Of a stretch of DNA of 64,000 nucleotides, positions 1 to 9,944 are shown piece after piece. Location: positions 1,293 to 65,292 of the forward strand of contig CAZYYM010000006.1 in assembly GCA_964651385.1 (NCBI GenBank), read 5' to 3'. Both the position numbers and the translations under genes were made by a program. The notes beneath the pieces were generated by a model. That model saw only the letters and a program-made list of their open reading frames with translations. It had not been told where the DNA came from and ran no database searches. This stretch comes from an uncultured Gammaproteobacteria bacterium (GTDB taxonomy: Bacteria > Pseudomonadota > Gammaproteobacteria > GCA-001735895). Each line of letters starts with the position of its first letter. The first letter of the stretch is position 1.

Positions 1-39
1 CCAGGCCATTAATATGGCGATCAAACAAATCTGTTTCAT
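1..39 (-). CDS. 5' end of an unidentified ORF running off the left edge (hydrophobic MKQICLIAILMAW...)
   Basis: ATG at 39..37 lies 5 nt downstream of the stop of the LolA-like gene on the same strand. Only 13 codons are visible and they look like a signal peptide. Confidence 0.25.
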   Translation of the reverse strand, partial: MKQICLIAILMAW

Positions 40-44
40 TACTG

Positions 45-851
45 TTATTTGAGTCGTTTCAGGGCCTGTGAGCGAAAATCACTATTTTTTAGACCCGTCT
101 GGAACTGATAATTTTTCCATTCAAGTCGGGTGCTTTTACCGTTTTGGTTATTGACCATATCCATCACGCCGGGACGCCAGTAGTGACCGAGAAACTGCTG
201 AAAATTACTTGCAGTCAAGGTTTTTAACAAGGCTTTTTTACGGTCATAGTACTCAGCCTTGATAACTCGATAGGCTTCTTTATCGAGCCAGGCTACCTGG
301 CGCGTATAACCCGAATGCTTATAAGCCGGGAATCGTTCGATCACAAAGCATTGCAATTCACCACAGGCTTCTTCACCGATTAAATTATAGGTATATTTCT
401 CGACTTCCTGCGAGCCAAGATCTTCGAATGCAAAAGTACTGCCCATGAACGGACCTGATTTGTTTCGTGAGTTTATTCGTTTCACTTTTTTCAATGCGGG
501 CAAATATAACCACTGATCGTCCGGCTCGAGACCGTGTGAATAGGTCAGCATAGCCGTTCCCTTAACATCGTTGGGTTCATCAAATATCGACAAACTTTTA
601 TCACCGTCACCTTCGACCTCTTTAGTTCTGATTCGAATTAATCGCGTCGATGTATCACCCGTTTTGGTTTTTATAGTCATTACCATATCGGCGGTGAAAT
701 CGCCGAAACCACGGTCATAACTTCGGGCTGCTGTTGCTATCTCCAGGCCTTTTTCTTCGGGGGTTTGGGCCTGAATTTGCGGAGACAAAATTCCCAGCAG
801 ACCTAACAAAATAGCGGATAGTTTCAATGTGTTGTGTTGTAGCTTAGGCAT
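45..851 (-). CDS. LolA-like outer-membrane lipoprotein-sorting family protein, periplasmic partner of the adjacent MMPL/RND exporter
   Basis: Has a signal peptide (LSAILLGLLGILSPQIQAQ). The motif WLYLPALKKVKRI is typical of the LolA_like family as I recall it. The ATG at 851 overlaps the RND stop by 8 nt (AATGCCTAA); the maximal ORF starts at 872. Confidence 0.6.
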   Translation of the reverse strand: MPKLQHNTLKLSAILLGLLGILSPQIQAQTPEEKGLEIATAARSYDRGFGDFTADMVMTIKTKTGDTSTRLIRIRTKEVEGDGDKSLSIFDEPNDVKGTAMLTYSHGLEPDDQWLYLPALKKVKRINSRNKSGPFMGSTFAFEDLGSQEVEKYTYNLIGEEACGELQCFVIERFPAYKHSGYTRQVAWLDKEAYRVIKAEYYDRKKALLKTLTASNFQQFLGHYWRPGVMDMVNNQNGKSTRLEWKNYQFQTGLKNSDFRSQALKRLK

Positions 852-3141
852 TACTGTGCTCCTTTTTATCAAACGCCATTAATATCGGGGGTAACAGCAA
901 AAAATCAGCGACAATAGCGAATATTATTGTCACTGCTGTCATAAAAGCCATATCTGAATTCAACTTGAAGGCGGAGAAAGTCAGAACGAAAAATCCTGCA
1001 ATTAAAACAAGTGAAGTCACCAATAATGCCAGTCCGACTGTATTAAAAGCATAACGCACAGCATCCTGGGAATTAAGATTTTTCTCTCGTCGCGCCCTCA
1101 AATACTTACTGAGGAAATGCACCGTATCGTCGACGACTATACCCAGGGTCATGCCGGTGACGACCGATAGTGCCAATCCCACCTGGCCAACTGCAAATCC
1201 CCAGACACCAAATGCCAATGCAGCGGGGATCAGATTTGGGATCAAGCTTAACAAGCCAATTTTGAACGATCTCAACGCAAACACCAGAATGACGGAAATC
1301 AAAACCAGTGCAATCGTAGTACCCAATAACATACTGTAGATATTTCTCTGGCCGATATGACTGAACATCAGTGTCGGACTAGCACCAACGACGTGCATGC
1401 TCTCGGGGGCATTATCGCGCAACCATTTTTGTGCACGGTCTTCCAGTGCAAGCACCGTATTGGAGGTCATGTTATGCAGCATCACCACCATACGTGTTGC
1501 CGATTTGTCGATGTTAATCTGATTATTTAAATCGAGACCATAAGGCAGCGACATTTCATACAACAACAGATACTGAGCTGCCAGATCGCGTTGCTCCGGC
1601 AAACGATAATAAGTGTCATCATCACCATGCATACTGCGATTCAGTCGCTTGAAGGTATCAGAAATAACATTGACATGGATGACTTCGGGCTGCTTTAGAT
1701 ACCAATTGGCAAAGTCTTCAACCTTTTGCTGAAAAGCTGGCTCGCTGACCCCTCCATCTTCACCTGACTCCAGCGAATAGTTAACCAGATATAGCCCGCT
1801 CAGGTGTTTCGACGCAAAGTCGGCATCGCGTCGGAACTCAATTTTTTCACTGAAATACTTTACGAAATCATCGTTGAGTTCGTTCATGGGGACAAATGAA
1901 ACCAGTAATACGCTGGCTATGCCCATGGCTAATAAAAGCATCGAACGTTTCGCAATCACAAACTCGGCAAAATGCCGCATGGCAATACTCGAAGGGGTGT
2001 CTCTGACTTTCTGGCGACCGGGCAAAATCATCGAAATCGCCGGCAGAAAGGTCACACTGAGTACGAACGCCACCATAACGCCCATCGCAACAATATTACC
2101 GAGATCGCGAAACGGCGGCGCATCTGAAAAATTCATACTCATAAATCCTATCGCGGTGGTGATACTGGTGAGGAATACCGGTTGCATATTGATGCGAATA
2201 CTATCGACCATTGCCGCATGCTTACTTTCGCCGCGACGCATAGCTAGCACAAAACTCATCAGGATATGCACGCTGTCGGCAATCGCCATGGTCGGAATTA
2301 TCATAATCGCCGAGAACGACGGCGGTGTCAGCGCTATACCGAGCCAGCCTGCCAAACCCATGGCACCGGCAATAGCGAAAATAATAATAATAAACGTCGC
2401 AACTGTGCCAGAAAGACCGCGAATCCAAAAATATAACACCACCACGAATATCAATAACATCAACGGAAACAATGTCGACATATCGTATTGACTTGCTTCA
2501 GGGAATGCTTGATTCATCATCACAATGCCGGTTAAACGAACCTCTATATCGGGAAATTTTGCGCGAAACTCCTCGCGTAATTCACGGATAAAGGTAACCA
2601 CTTCGGGGTTTTCTACAATTGGATCGACACCTGGTAATTCAATATTGATATTAACGCCTGTGACAAGCGCGGAAGGCGAGATCAGGCGATTTATCAACAC
2701 CGGTTCAGACAGGGCAATATTTCGAATTCGGATGAGGTCTTCATCGCTTAATTCGCCGGGTTCCGACACCAGGTCTTCAACCAGCAAATCATCCTCAATT
2801 GCCGAAGTATGTTGATAGTTGGTTATCGATTCCACACGAGTCGAATACGGTGTCTCCCAGGCACGTTCGGTCAACCAGGCGACGGCCTCAAGAGTCGGAC
2901 GGGTAAAAACCTCGCCGTTTTTAGGCACGAGTAACAGCATCGCATTATCGCTTCGCGAATAGGTATTCTGAATATTTTCGAATGCTAATAATTGCGGATT
3001 ATCTTCACCGAAAAATACCCGGTAATCATTAGTAAAGGTCAGGTATTGCGCACCCGCTCCCATTAACATGACCCAAATAACGGAAAATAATACAGTTAAC
3101 CATTTGAAACGAATTATAAATTCGGCGAATTGCTTGACCAT
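844..3141 (-). CDS. MMPL/RND-superfamily exporter (HpnN-like, two 6-TM bundles plus periplasmic loops)
   Basis: 765 aa with two hydrophobic blocks separated by soluble loops. The repeated motif GIVVDDTVHFL / AIADSVHIL is characteristic of RND/MMPL transporters. Confidence 0.85.
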   Translation of the reverse strand: MVKQFAEFIIRFKWLTVLFSVIWVMLMGAGAQYLTFTNDYRVFFGEDNPQLLAFENIQNTYSRSDNAMLLLVPKNGEVFTRPTLEAVAWLTERAWETPYSTRVESITNYQHTSAIEDDLLVEDLVSEPGELSDEDLIRIRNIALSEPVLINRLISPSALVTGVNINIELPGVDPIVENPEVVTFIRELREEFRAKFPDIEVRLTGIVMMNQAFPEASQYDMSTLFPLMLLIFVVVLYFWIRGLSGTVATFIIIIFAIAGAMGLAGWLGIALTPPSFSAIMIIPTMAIADSVHILMSFVLAMRRGESKHAAMVDSIRINMQPVFLTSITTAIGFMSMNFSDAPPFRDLGNIVAMGVMVAFVLSVTFLPAISMILPGRQKVRDTPSSIAMRHFAEFVIAKRSMLLLAMGIASVLLVSFVPMNELNDDFVKYFSEKIEFRRDADFASKHLSGLYLVNYSLESGEDGGVSEPAFQQKVEDFANWYLKQPEVIHVNVISDTFKRLNRSMHGDDDTYYRLPEQRDLAAQYLLLYEMSLPYGLDLNNQINIDKSATRMVVMLHNMTSNTVLALEDRAQKWLRDNAPESMHVVGASPTLMFSHIGQRNIYSMLLGTTIALVLISVILVFALRSFKIGLLSLIPNLIPAALAFGVWGFAVGQVGLALSVVTGMTLGIVVDDTVHFLSKYLRARREKNLNSQDAVRYAFNTVGLALLVTSLVLIAGFFVLTFSAFKLNSDMAFMTAVTIIFAIVADFLLLPPILMAFDKKEHSNA

Positions 3142-3153
3142 TGAGTCTCTCTA

Positions 3154-3813
3154 TTAATTTTTGCGAATTAATTGCAGATACTGGATTAATCCAGCACCGC
3201 AACGGTAAAGTTTTTCCAGATCCTGCGCCACTTTGGCGGCATTGAGCGCGCCTTCCATGGTTGCCACTATAGTGACCGCGGCGGTATATGGATCGACATC
3301 ACCCAAAATTAGATTATTTTTCTGCGCCCGTTTCAAACTATCGGCGATCGCACCATGCCATTGATCGTATATTTTCATTAGCCGCGTTCGAAAACCTTCG
3401 TCTATCGGCGCCATTTCCTGCGCCAGCGAGGTTAGCGGGCAACCGAGCTGTATATCGATTAAAGTAAATTCAACACCTGAAGCCTGTATCAGTTCGACGA
3501 GACCATCGATAGGATGGTCGAAAATCTGTAATGGCTTGACGAAACTGAGGTGGATGCGCTGGGCTATGACTTCGTCAATAACCGCATAGCCGAGCTCTGT
3601 TTTGTTGGGGAAATGGTGATAAAGCGCACCTTTGGTGACACCGGTTCGAGCCAGAATATTACTCAGACTGGCCGACTGAAAGCCCTGGCAGTGAATTTCT
3701 TTATAAGCCGCCAATAAAATTTGGGCGCGCGTACCCGGTAGAATTTCTCCGAGTGGTCTCCACCAATAAACACTGTTTTCAGGTAAACTTTTCATAAGAG
3801 TGTAACATACCAA
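3154..3813 (-). CDS. TetR/AcrR family transcriptional regulator
   Basis: N-terminal HTH FQSASLSNILARTGVTKGALYHHFPNKTEL. It is 12 nt upstream of the RND gene. Alternative start at 3795 (MKSLPEN). Confidence 0.85.
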   Translation of the reverse strand: MVCYTLMKSLPENSVYWWRPLGEILPGTRAQILLAAYKEIHCQGFQSASLSNILARTGVTKGALYHHFPNKTELGYAVIDEVIAQRIHLSFVKPLQIFDHPIDGLVELIQASGVEFTLIDIQLGCPLTSLAQEMAPIDEGFRTRLMKIYDQWHGAIADSLKRAQKNNLILGDVDPYTAAVTIVATMEGALNAAKVAQDLEKLYRCGAGLIQYLQLIRKN

Positions 3814-3842
3814 CTGGTTTGCTTTATAATACCAACCGGTAT
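3807..3842. promoter_or_regulatory. Two 14-bp operator-like sites, ATACCAACTGGTTT (3807..3820) and ATACCAACCGGTAT (3829..3842)
   Basis: The sites share 12 of 14 positions with a 22-bp period. The second is a dyad (ATACC-N4-GGTAT) filling the promoter spacer, and the first covers the predicted transcript start. This is the classic TetR autoregulation layout. Confidence 0.45.
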
Positions 3843-3851
3843 GTATGTCAA
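3823..3851 (-). promoter_or_regulatory. sigma70-type promoter of the tetR-RND-lolA-like operon
   Basis: The minus strand reads TTGACA (3851..3846), a 17-nt spacer, then TATAAA (3828..3823). This sits immediately upstream of tetR. Confidence 0.55.
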
Positions 3852-3859
3852 CTTTTTAT

Positions 3860-6742
3860 TTAAATTGCCACCATTACTCTTACGGCATCGAGGCGCAACC
3901 TTGCATGACTTAGTGCGGATTCAAAAGAATTTAATTGCTCACGGAAGTATTCAATTTCATCGTCGCGCACGCTGGAATTAATTTGTTGCAAGGCAATCAG
4001 CCTGTCTACCTCGCGACCCAATACTTCACTACCTCTCTGCCTGGCTATTTCAACCATGTCAGGAACCTGTTGCCCGGCGGCCACTTCAGCAACCTGGATT
4101 AAATTGTCCAGCTCCGTTTTGCGGGCTCTTATAATCTTAATCGAAGTATCGATATCGACTCGCTGCATAAGCGGCTTTATGGTATCCCGGTCGAGGATAT
4201 GGCCATGTTGACGGTTTTTCTCATCGATAACAATTACAACACCACTGTTTGGAAAAAAGCGCTGGTGGCCTGAACTGATTTTATCTGAAAACTCCATTAG
4301 AAAATGACACTCGAGCAACAGGCTTCCCGGTTTAACACCCGCGTATTTAATTGCAATGAGCGCGGTATTGCCAAATTCGCTACTGAGAATCAAATCCATC
4401 GCATTGCGCACAAACGGGTGCTCCCAACTAAGGTAATGCACATTCTCGTTGGCCAAAGCAACATTGCGACGATAGGTGACGGTCATACCATCATCGGGTA
4501 ACCCGGGCATCCTGGTAAGCATATTGTCACCCGGAGTTATCACCCAGCAATCCTGGCCACGAATATCACTATTAACGCCGTAGCAGTCGTAAATTCGCTC
4601 CATGAATTTAAATAAATCGAGATCGAAATCCCGTTGCATAGCCTGGTCAGCTAAGGACTCGGCGATCATTGGTCGGCAGGAATTGACTTCCAGTAAACGA
4701 TCACGACCCTGCTGTAAGGTCTCATTTAATTCATCGTGCAAAGCGGCGGTGTTGTCAATAAATTCGTCGACTGGCAAATCCGGTGATTGTAAATGCTGGC
4801 GAAGCTCAACCTGGGTTTGCATATATACCTGATGTCCGGCCGGACAGGTATGCCGGAATGCATTCATGCCTTCATCGTACCAGCGAAACATTACCGCCTG
4901 CGCGCTTTGTTGTAAATAAGGCACGTGAATATTGATCACGGCATTCTGGCCGATTCGATCCAGCCGACCGATACGCTGTTCGAGCAAATCCGGATTAAGC
5001 GGCAAATCAAATAGAACCAGGTGATGAGCAAATTGAAAATTGCGACCTTCGCTGCCAATTTCCGAACAGATTAAAACCTGCGCTCCGGAATCATGGTCGG
5101 AAAAATCAGCTGCTCCCTTATCGCGCTCAATCAGATTCATGCCCTCATGGAACACAGCCGCGCGAATCCCGAATTTGATCTTTAGCTGGTCGACCAGTCT
5201 TAAAGCCGTGTCGGCTTCTGACGTTATAACAAGAATCTTACGTGTCTTGTTACCTCTTAGAAATTCACCCAGCCAGTCGAAACGGGGGTCGCAATCAATC
5301 CAGACTTGCTCCATTCCAGGCATTAGTTCCGGTGATAACAGGTTTTGAAGGTCGGCTCCCGTGGTATCACATTTTTGCCAGTTTTGGCGCCACTGATCAC
5401 CGGGGTTTAATGCATAGGCATGAACTTCGCGCTCTGGAAATCCCTGAACCACATGCCGGGTATTACGAAATAGAATACGGCCCGTACCGTGCCGATCGAG
5501 CAAGTGTTCAATCAATGAGTTGCGCGCCATTTCCCGCCTTTCCTCATTTTCGCTGGCGAGTTTACCCAGCCATTCTCGATTGTCGCCTTCTGCCAGAGTT
5601 TCATCGAGCATCTGCCATTGATTATCATCCATTCGAGCTCCTTGATGCAGCACTTCGACCAAATCGGCCAATTGGCCATAAGCCGATTCGTCCTGCAAGA
5701 AGCTGTCAAGATCACCAAACCGATTCGGGTCTAATAGCCGCAGACGGGCAAAATGGCTCTCCTTACCAAGTTGTTCCGGCGTCGCGGTTAGTAGCAAAAC
5801 ACCCGGCGTTTTAATCGCTAACGATTCAACAATTTGATATTCCGCACTGATAGACTCCAAGGTCCAGGCCAGGTGGTGTGCTTCATCGACGACCAGCAAA
5901 TCCCACTCTCCCTGTAGCGCCTGCTCCCTGCGATTTTCCTGGTTTAGCAAAAACTGTAAGCTACATATAATGAGCTGCTCACTATGAAACGGATTGTCTC
6001 CATTTCCAATGCCTTCGTCACCGGACTCTTCAATCGCCTGACAACGGTCTTCATCAAATACACTAAACATCAAATTGAAACGGCGTACCATTTCTACCAG
6101 CCATTGATGAACCAGCGATTCCGGCACAACGATCAAGACGCGATGCGCACGTTCCAGCAATAACTGCTGATGCAGTATTAAACCGGCTTCGATGGTTTTT
6201 CCAAGGCCCACCTCATCGGCCAGCAACACTCGTGGCGCAAAGCGACGGGAAACTTCGTGGGCGATGTACAGTTGATGGGCGATTAAACTGGTGCGACAAC
6301 CCGCCAGTCCGTAAATCGGTGACTGTAATAAAGTATTGGCAATTAAGCGCGCCCGAGTGCGCAATGAAAACCATTTATTACGATCGATCTGGCAATTCAG
6401 TAAGCGTTCCCCCGGTCTATTTAATTGCAGATAATTATTAAGTTTACCCTCCGGTAATAGCGCTGCATTACCCGCTTCGTCCTCACAGTGATAAACAATC
6501 AGACCACTGGATTCTTCCAGTTTAAGTATCTGCAAAAGCTGATTTTCCTGATTCTGAATCCAATCTCCGGGGCTAAATTTAACCCGTGTCAATGGCGCAT
6601 CCTGCCGCGCGTAAATTCTAATTTCGGTAGTTGCCGGGAAGATAATGCTAACGGTACGATGTTCAATTTCGATGACCATACCGAGGCCAAGCTGTAATTC
6701 GGCAGCGCTGATCCAGCGTTGGCCGATAGAAAACTCCTGCAT
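3860..6742 (-). CDS. rapA: RNA polymerase-associated SWI2/SNF2 ATPase RapA (HepA)
   Basis: N-terminus FSIGQRWISAAELQLGLG matches the E. coli RapA start. Helicase motifs LLADEVGLGKTIEAG and DEAHHL are present. The maximal ORF starts at 6766. Confidence 0.9.
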   Translation of the reverse strand: MQEFSIGQRWISAAELQLGLGMVIEIEHRTVSIIFPATTEIRIYARQDAPLTRVKFSPGDWIQNQENQLLQILKLEESSGLIVYHCEDEAGNAALLPEGKLNNYLQLNRPGERLLNCQIDRNKWFSLRTRARLIANTLLQSPIYGLAGCRTSLIAHQLYIAHEVSRRFAPRVLLADEVGLGKTIEAGLILHQQLLLERAHRVLIVVPESLVHQWLVEMVRRFNLMFSVFDEDRCQAIEESGDEGIGNGDNPFHSEQLIICSLQFLLNQENRREQALQGEWDLLVVDEAHHLAWTLESISAEYQIVESLAIKTPGVLLLTATPEQLGKESHFARLRLLDPNRFGDLDSFLQDESAYGQLADLVEVLHQGARMDDNQWQMLDETLAEGDNREWLGKLASENEERREMARNSLIEHLLDRHGTGRILFRNTRHVVQGFPEREVHAYALNPGDQWRQNWQKCDTTGADLQNLLSPELMPGMEQVWIDCDPRFDWLGEFLRGNKTRKILVITSEADTALRLVDQLKIKFGIRAAVFHEGMNLIERDKGAADFSDHDSGAQVLICSEIGSEGRNFQFAHHLVLFDLPLNPDLLEQRIGRLDRIGQNAVINIHVPYLQQSAQAVMFRWYDEGMNAFRHTCPAGHQVYMQTQVELRQHLQSPDLPVDEFIDNTAALHDELNETLQQGRDRLLEVNSCRPMIAESLADQAMQRDFDLDLFKFMERIYDCYGVNSDIRGQDCWVITPGDNMLTRMPGLPDDGMTVTYRRNVALANENVHYLSWEHPFVRNAMDLILSSEFGNTALIAIKYAGVKPGSLLLECHFLMEFSDKISSGHQRFFPNSGVVIVIDEKNRQHGHILDRDTIKPLMQRVDIDTSIKIIRARKTELDNLIQVAEVAAGQQVPDMVEIARQRGSEVLGREVDRLIALQQINSSVRDDEIEYFREQLNSFESALSHARLRLDAVRVMVAI

Positions 6743-6934
6743 TGCGATTCCCGCGGATTTTGTCACGATTTGCCTTATCCGATGTCAGTGTCTGCACTTT
6801 CGCGTCAGCCGACCAGCTGTCCATCGAGTCGAATTAACGAGTCCAGATTATAACAAGGGAATACAATAAAAGTTGGATTAATTGTTTGTTTATTGCGACT
6901 TGCAGTGAAGTCCATTCTTACTCAGAATGCCTGC

Positions 6935-7609
6935 ATGATCCCTATTGATTGTAATGGCTATTTTATTACAGGTTCCGACACAGATGTCGGTAAAACCTAT
7001 ATTACCTGCCTGATAATCCAGCAGCTACGAGCTTTAAACAAATCTATTGAGGTGCGCAAGCCAGCCGAGTCCGGTTGCAAAGTAGATCAACAGGGAAACC
7101 TGCTTGCCGCAGATGCGATGTTATTAAGTGCTGCGAACAATCGACAACAAGACATCGAAGTAGTAACGCCTTACCGTTTCAGAGCTGCACTGGCGCCACA
7201 CCGGGCAGCACGTCTCAATGGAACTGAATTGAATTTACGTAATCTTATCGAGGCTTGCCACCACGAACAAACAGACTGCCTGCTAATTGTGGAGGGGGCA
7301 GGCGGTTTTTACTCACCGCTGGCAAAGGACGGCTTAAACGCAGACCTGGCCAGCGCCTTGCAATTGCCGGTATTTATCGTAGTTAACGATCGCATAGGTG
7401 GTGTCAATCAGGCACTTATGACGATTGCAGCAGTCGAAGGTCGCCATCTGCCGATAGCAGCCATTGTTTTCAATCAGGTGGAACCAGATCACGAAGTTCA
7501 CATGGATAACCTGGCCGATTTGGCTCAATATTGCGACTATCCCGTTTTTCACTGCGGCCATCAACAATCGCTTCCAATCCTTTTCGACGTGGACGTTACT
7601 GAAAAATAA
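6935..7609 (+). CDS. bioD: Dethiobiotin synthase
   Basis: P-loop FITGSDTDVGKTY near the N-terminus and IVEGAGG in the body. The maximal ORF starts at a TTG at 6893; the ATG at 6935 gives the usual length. Confidence 0.8.
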   Translation: MIPIDCNGYFITGSDTDVGKTYITCLIIQQLRALNKSIEVRKPAESGCKVDQQGNLLAADAMLLSAANNRQQDIEVVTPYRFRAALAPHRAARLNGTELNLRNLIEACHHEQTDCLLIVEGAGGFYSPLAKDGLNADLASALQLPVFIVVNDRIGGVNQALMTIAAVEGRHLPIAAIVFNQVEPDHEVHMDNLADLAQYCDYPVFHCGHQQSLPILFDVDVTEK

Positions 7610-8493
7610 TGCGCGGTTATCTTGTAATTCTCACCGGTTACATCGGTTGGGGATTGTTTCCCCTCTATTGGGCATTACTCAGCCATGTACCGGCATTTGA
7701 AGTATTACTACATCGCATGCTCTGGGCTATGCCGATATTGTTTTTATTCATCGCAATCAATGATCGACGCCGAAAACAGGTTGCCGCTGCATTCCAGTCC
7801 TGGGCTTCTATGCGTCTACTATTCATTTCAAGCCTGATGATATGCTTTAACTGGGGAGTTTATATCTGGGCCGTCGCCAATCATCGAGTAATCGAGGCCA
7901 GCATGGGTTATTTTCTGACGCCGCTGTTAAATGTATTGACCGGCGTGCTCTTCCTCCAGGAAAGGATCGACAAAATGAAACGAATCGCAATTGCATTCGC
8001 AGCGACCGGTGTTTTGTACTATATCGTCAGCACATCGATAATTCCCTGGGTCGGTCTGGCCGTCGGTGTCAGCTTTGCTGGCTATGGGTTTTTGCGCAAG
8101 CAGATGGATACCAACGCCATTCCGGGGTTGTTTATTGAAACCGTGATCCTGTTGCCGTTTACTTTGATATTGGTATTGTGGCTACATTATCAGGGACAAG
8201 CAATATTTTTAAATGACAGCTTCAAAACGGATCTCCTATTAATTCTCGGAGGGCCGATTACAGTTTTACCGCTGGCATTTTTTACAGCTGGTACGCGGTT
8301 ACTACCTATGACCACGGTCGGTATTTTATTTTATGTTACGCCGACCCTGCAATTTCTGTCCGGTATTATTTTACTTGGCGAAAACTTTGACAGCGATCAG
8401 TTGATAGGATTTTCTGGCATCTGGATTGGTCTGGCGATTTTTAGTTATAACCTGTTTCAGGTTAAATCAGTCAGAGAAATGATAAGGCCTTAA
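7609..8493 (+). CDS. rarD: EamA/RarD family permease
   Basis: 10-TM profile. N-terminus GYIGWGLFPLYW is typical of RarD. The start overlaps the bioD stop (TAATG). Confidence 0.75.
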   Translation: MRGYLVILTGYIGWGLFPLYWALLSHVPAFEVLLHRMLWAMPILFLFIAINDRRRKQVAAAFQSWASMRLLFISSLMICFNWGVYIWAVANHRVIEASMGYFLTPLLNVLTGVLFLQERIDKMKRIAIAFAATGVLYYIVSTSIIPWVGLAVGVSFAGYGFLRKQMDTNAIPGLFIETVILLPFTLILVLWLHYQGQAIFLNDSFKTDLLLILGGPITVLPLAFFTAGTRLLPMTTVGILFYVTPTLQFLSGIILLGENFDSDQLIGFSGIWIGLAIFSYNLFQVKSVREMIRP

Positions 8494-9944
8494 CCCACAA
8501 CCGTCGGCATATTACCCACTTCAACAATTTTCATGGCGTTGGTACCACCACCAGTACCCATTAAATCACCCTTGGTGATAACAACGTGGTCACCATCCTG
8601 GACTACATGGCGCTTTTTCAGCATATCAACCACTTCCCAGTTGGCTTCGGCATGGTTGGTGTGAACGGTGGGAAAATAAATCGGGAAAACCCCCCGGTAT
8701 AGATTGACTTTTCGATTCGTTTGTTCGTGACGCGACAGCGCATAAATCGGAATGCCCGAGCTGATGCGCGACATCCACAAGGCGGTCGAACCCGATTCGG
8801 TAAGCGAAGCTATGGCCCGCACATTCAGATGATTGGCGGTGTACATGGTAGCCATAGCAATGGCCTCATCAACCTGGTTGAACGTGGAATTGAGGCGATG
8901 AGACGATTTGCTGGCGCGCTTTTCCCTCTCGGCACTGAGACAAATATCCGACATGGATTTAATAGTCAGGGCCGGGTATGCGCCTGTTGCGGTTTCGGCT
9001 GAAAGCATGACCGCGTCGGTGCCATCCAGCACCGCATTGGCAACATCAAAAACTTCGGCACGAGTTGGAATCGGATTATCACGCATGGATTCCATCATCT
9101 GTGTCGCCGTGATAACAACACAATTCATACTGCGCGACAAATTGATGATTCGTTTTTGCAATGCGGGTAGATTCGCATCACCCATTTCCACACCGAGATC
9201 ACCACGCGCTATCATAATCGCATCGGAGGCTTCGATAATAGTTTCGATATTTTCAATTGCTTCTGCACGCTCTATTTTAGCTACGATACCACCGTGGCCA
9301 CCGGCCTCACGTAACAATCGCCGAGCAGTGGTTATATCTTCGGCGGTGCGGGGAAAAGATACGGCCAGATAATCGGCATCCAGTCTTGCCGCTGTAATGA
9401 TATCGGCCTTATCCTTTTCGGTTAGCGCTTCAGCAGTTAACCCACCTCCTTTCAGATTAATACCCTTGTTATTCGACAGCTCGCCACCAACTTCGACGAT
9501 GCAGTTAATCCTCGGGCCTTCGACTGATTGAACCTTGAGAACAATTCGACCATCGTCGAGCACCAGCACATTACCTTTTTCAACATCGCTGGGTAAAGGT
9601 TTGTAGGTAATGCCGACCTGGAACTGGTCACCATCGTTAACGTCACATTCAGCATTTAGACAAAACCTGTCGCCATTTTCGAGAGTGATTGCTTCATTTT
9701 TGAACCGTTCTATTCGAATTTTTGGGCCTTGCAAATCAGCCAGAATACCAAGGAACCTATGATTGGCATCTCCAATTCTTCGGACTTTCTCCGCCCGAGC
9801 GATATGGTCCTCAGGATTGCCATGCGAAAAATTAAGGCGGACAACATCAACACCGGCTTTAACGACAGCATCGAGAGCTTCGTCGGACTCGGTAGCCGGT
9901 CCCAGCGTTGCAATTATCTTGGTTCTACGCAATACTTTTATCAT
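8490..9944 (-). CDS. pyk: Pyruvate kinase
   Basis: [22 protein letters not shown] and a C-terminal regulatory domain; 484 aa. Confidence 0.95.
   Translation of the reverse strand: MIKVLRRTKIIATLGPATESDEALDAVVKAGVDVVRLNFSHGNPEDHIARAEKVRRIGDANHRFLGILADLQGPKIRIERFKNEAITLENGDRFCLNAECDVNDGDQFQVGITYKPLPSDVEKGNVLVLDDGRIVLKVQSVEGPRINCIVEVGGELSNNKGINLKGGGLTAEALTEKDKADIITAARLDADYLAVSFPRTAEDITTARRLLREAGGHGGIVAKIERAEAIENIETIIEASDAIMIARGDLGVEMGDANLPALQKRIINLSRSMNCVVITATQMMESMRDNPIPTRAEVFDVANAVLDGTDAVMLSAETATGAYPALTIKSMSDICLSAEREKRASKSSHRLNSTFNQVDEAIAMATMYTANHLNVRAIASLTESGSTALWMSRISSGIPIYALSRHEQTNRKVNLYRGVFPIYFPTVHTNHAEANWEVVDMLKKRHVVQDGDHVVITKGDLMGTGGGTNAMKIVEVGNMPTVVG

Noticed and set aside
1874-2491. 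205-aa plus-strand ORF inside the RND gene, and similar ORFs inside rapA (5242..5814), pgk/pyk (9763..10389), tkt and chpA
   Set aside because: They are antisense to genes with strong family signatures and have no recognisable motifs. These are shadow ORFs.
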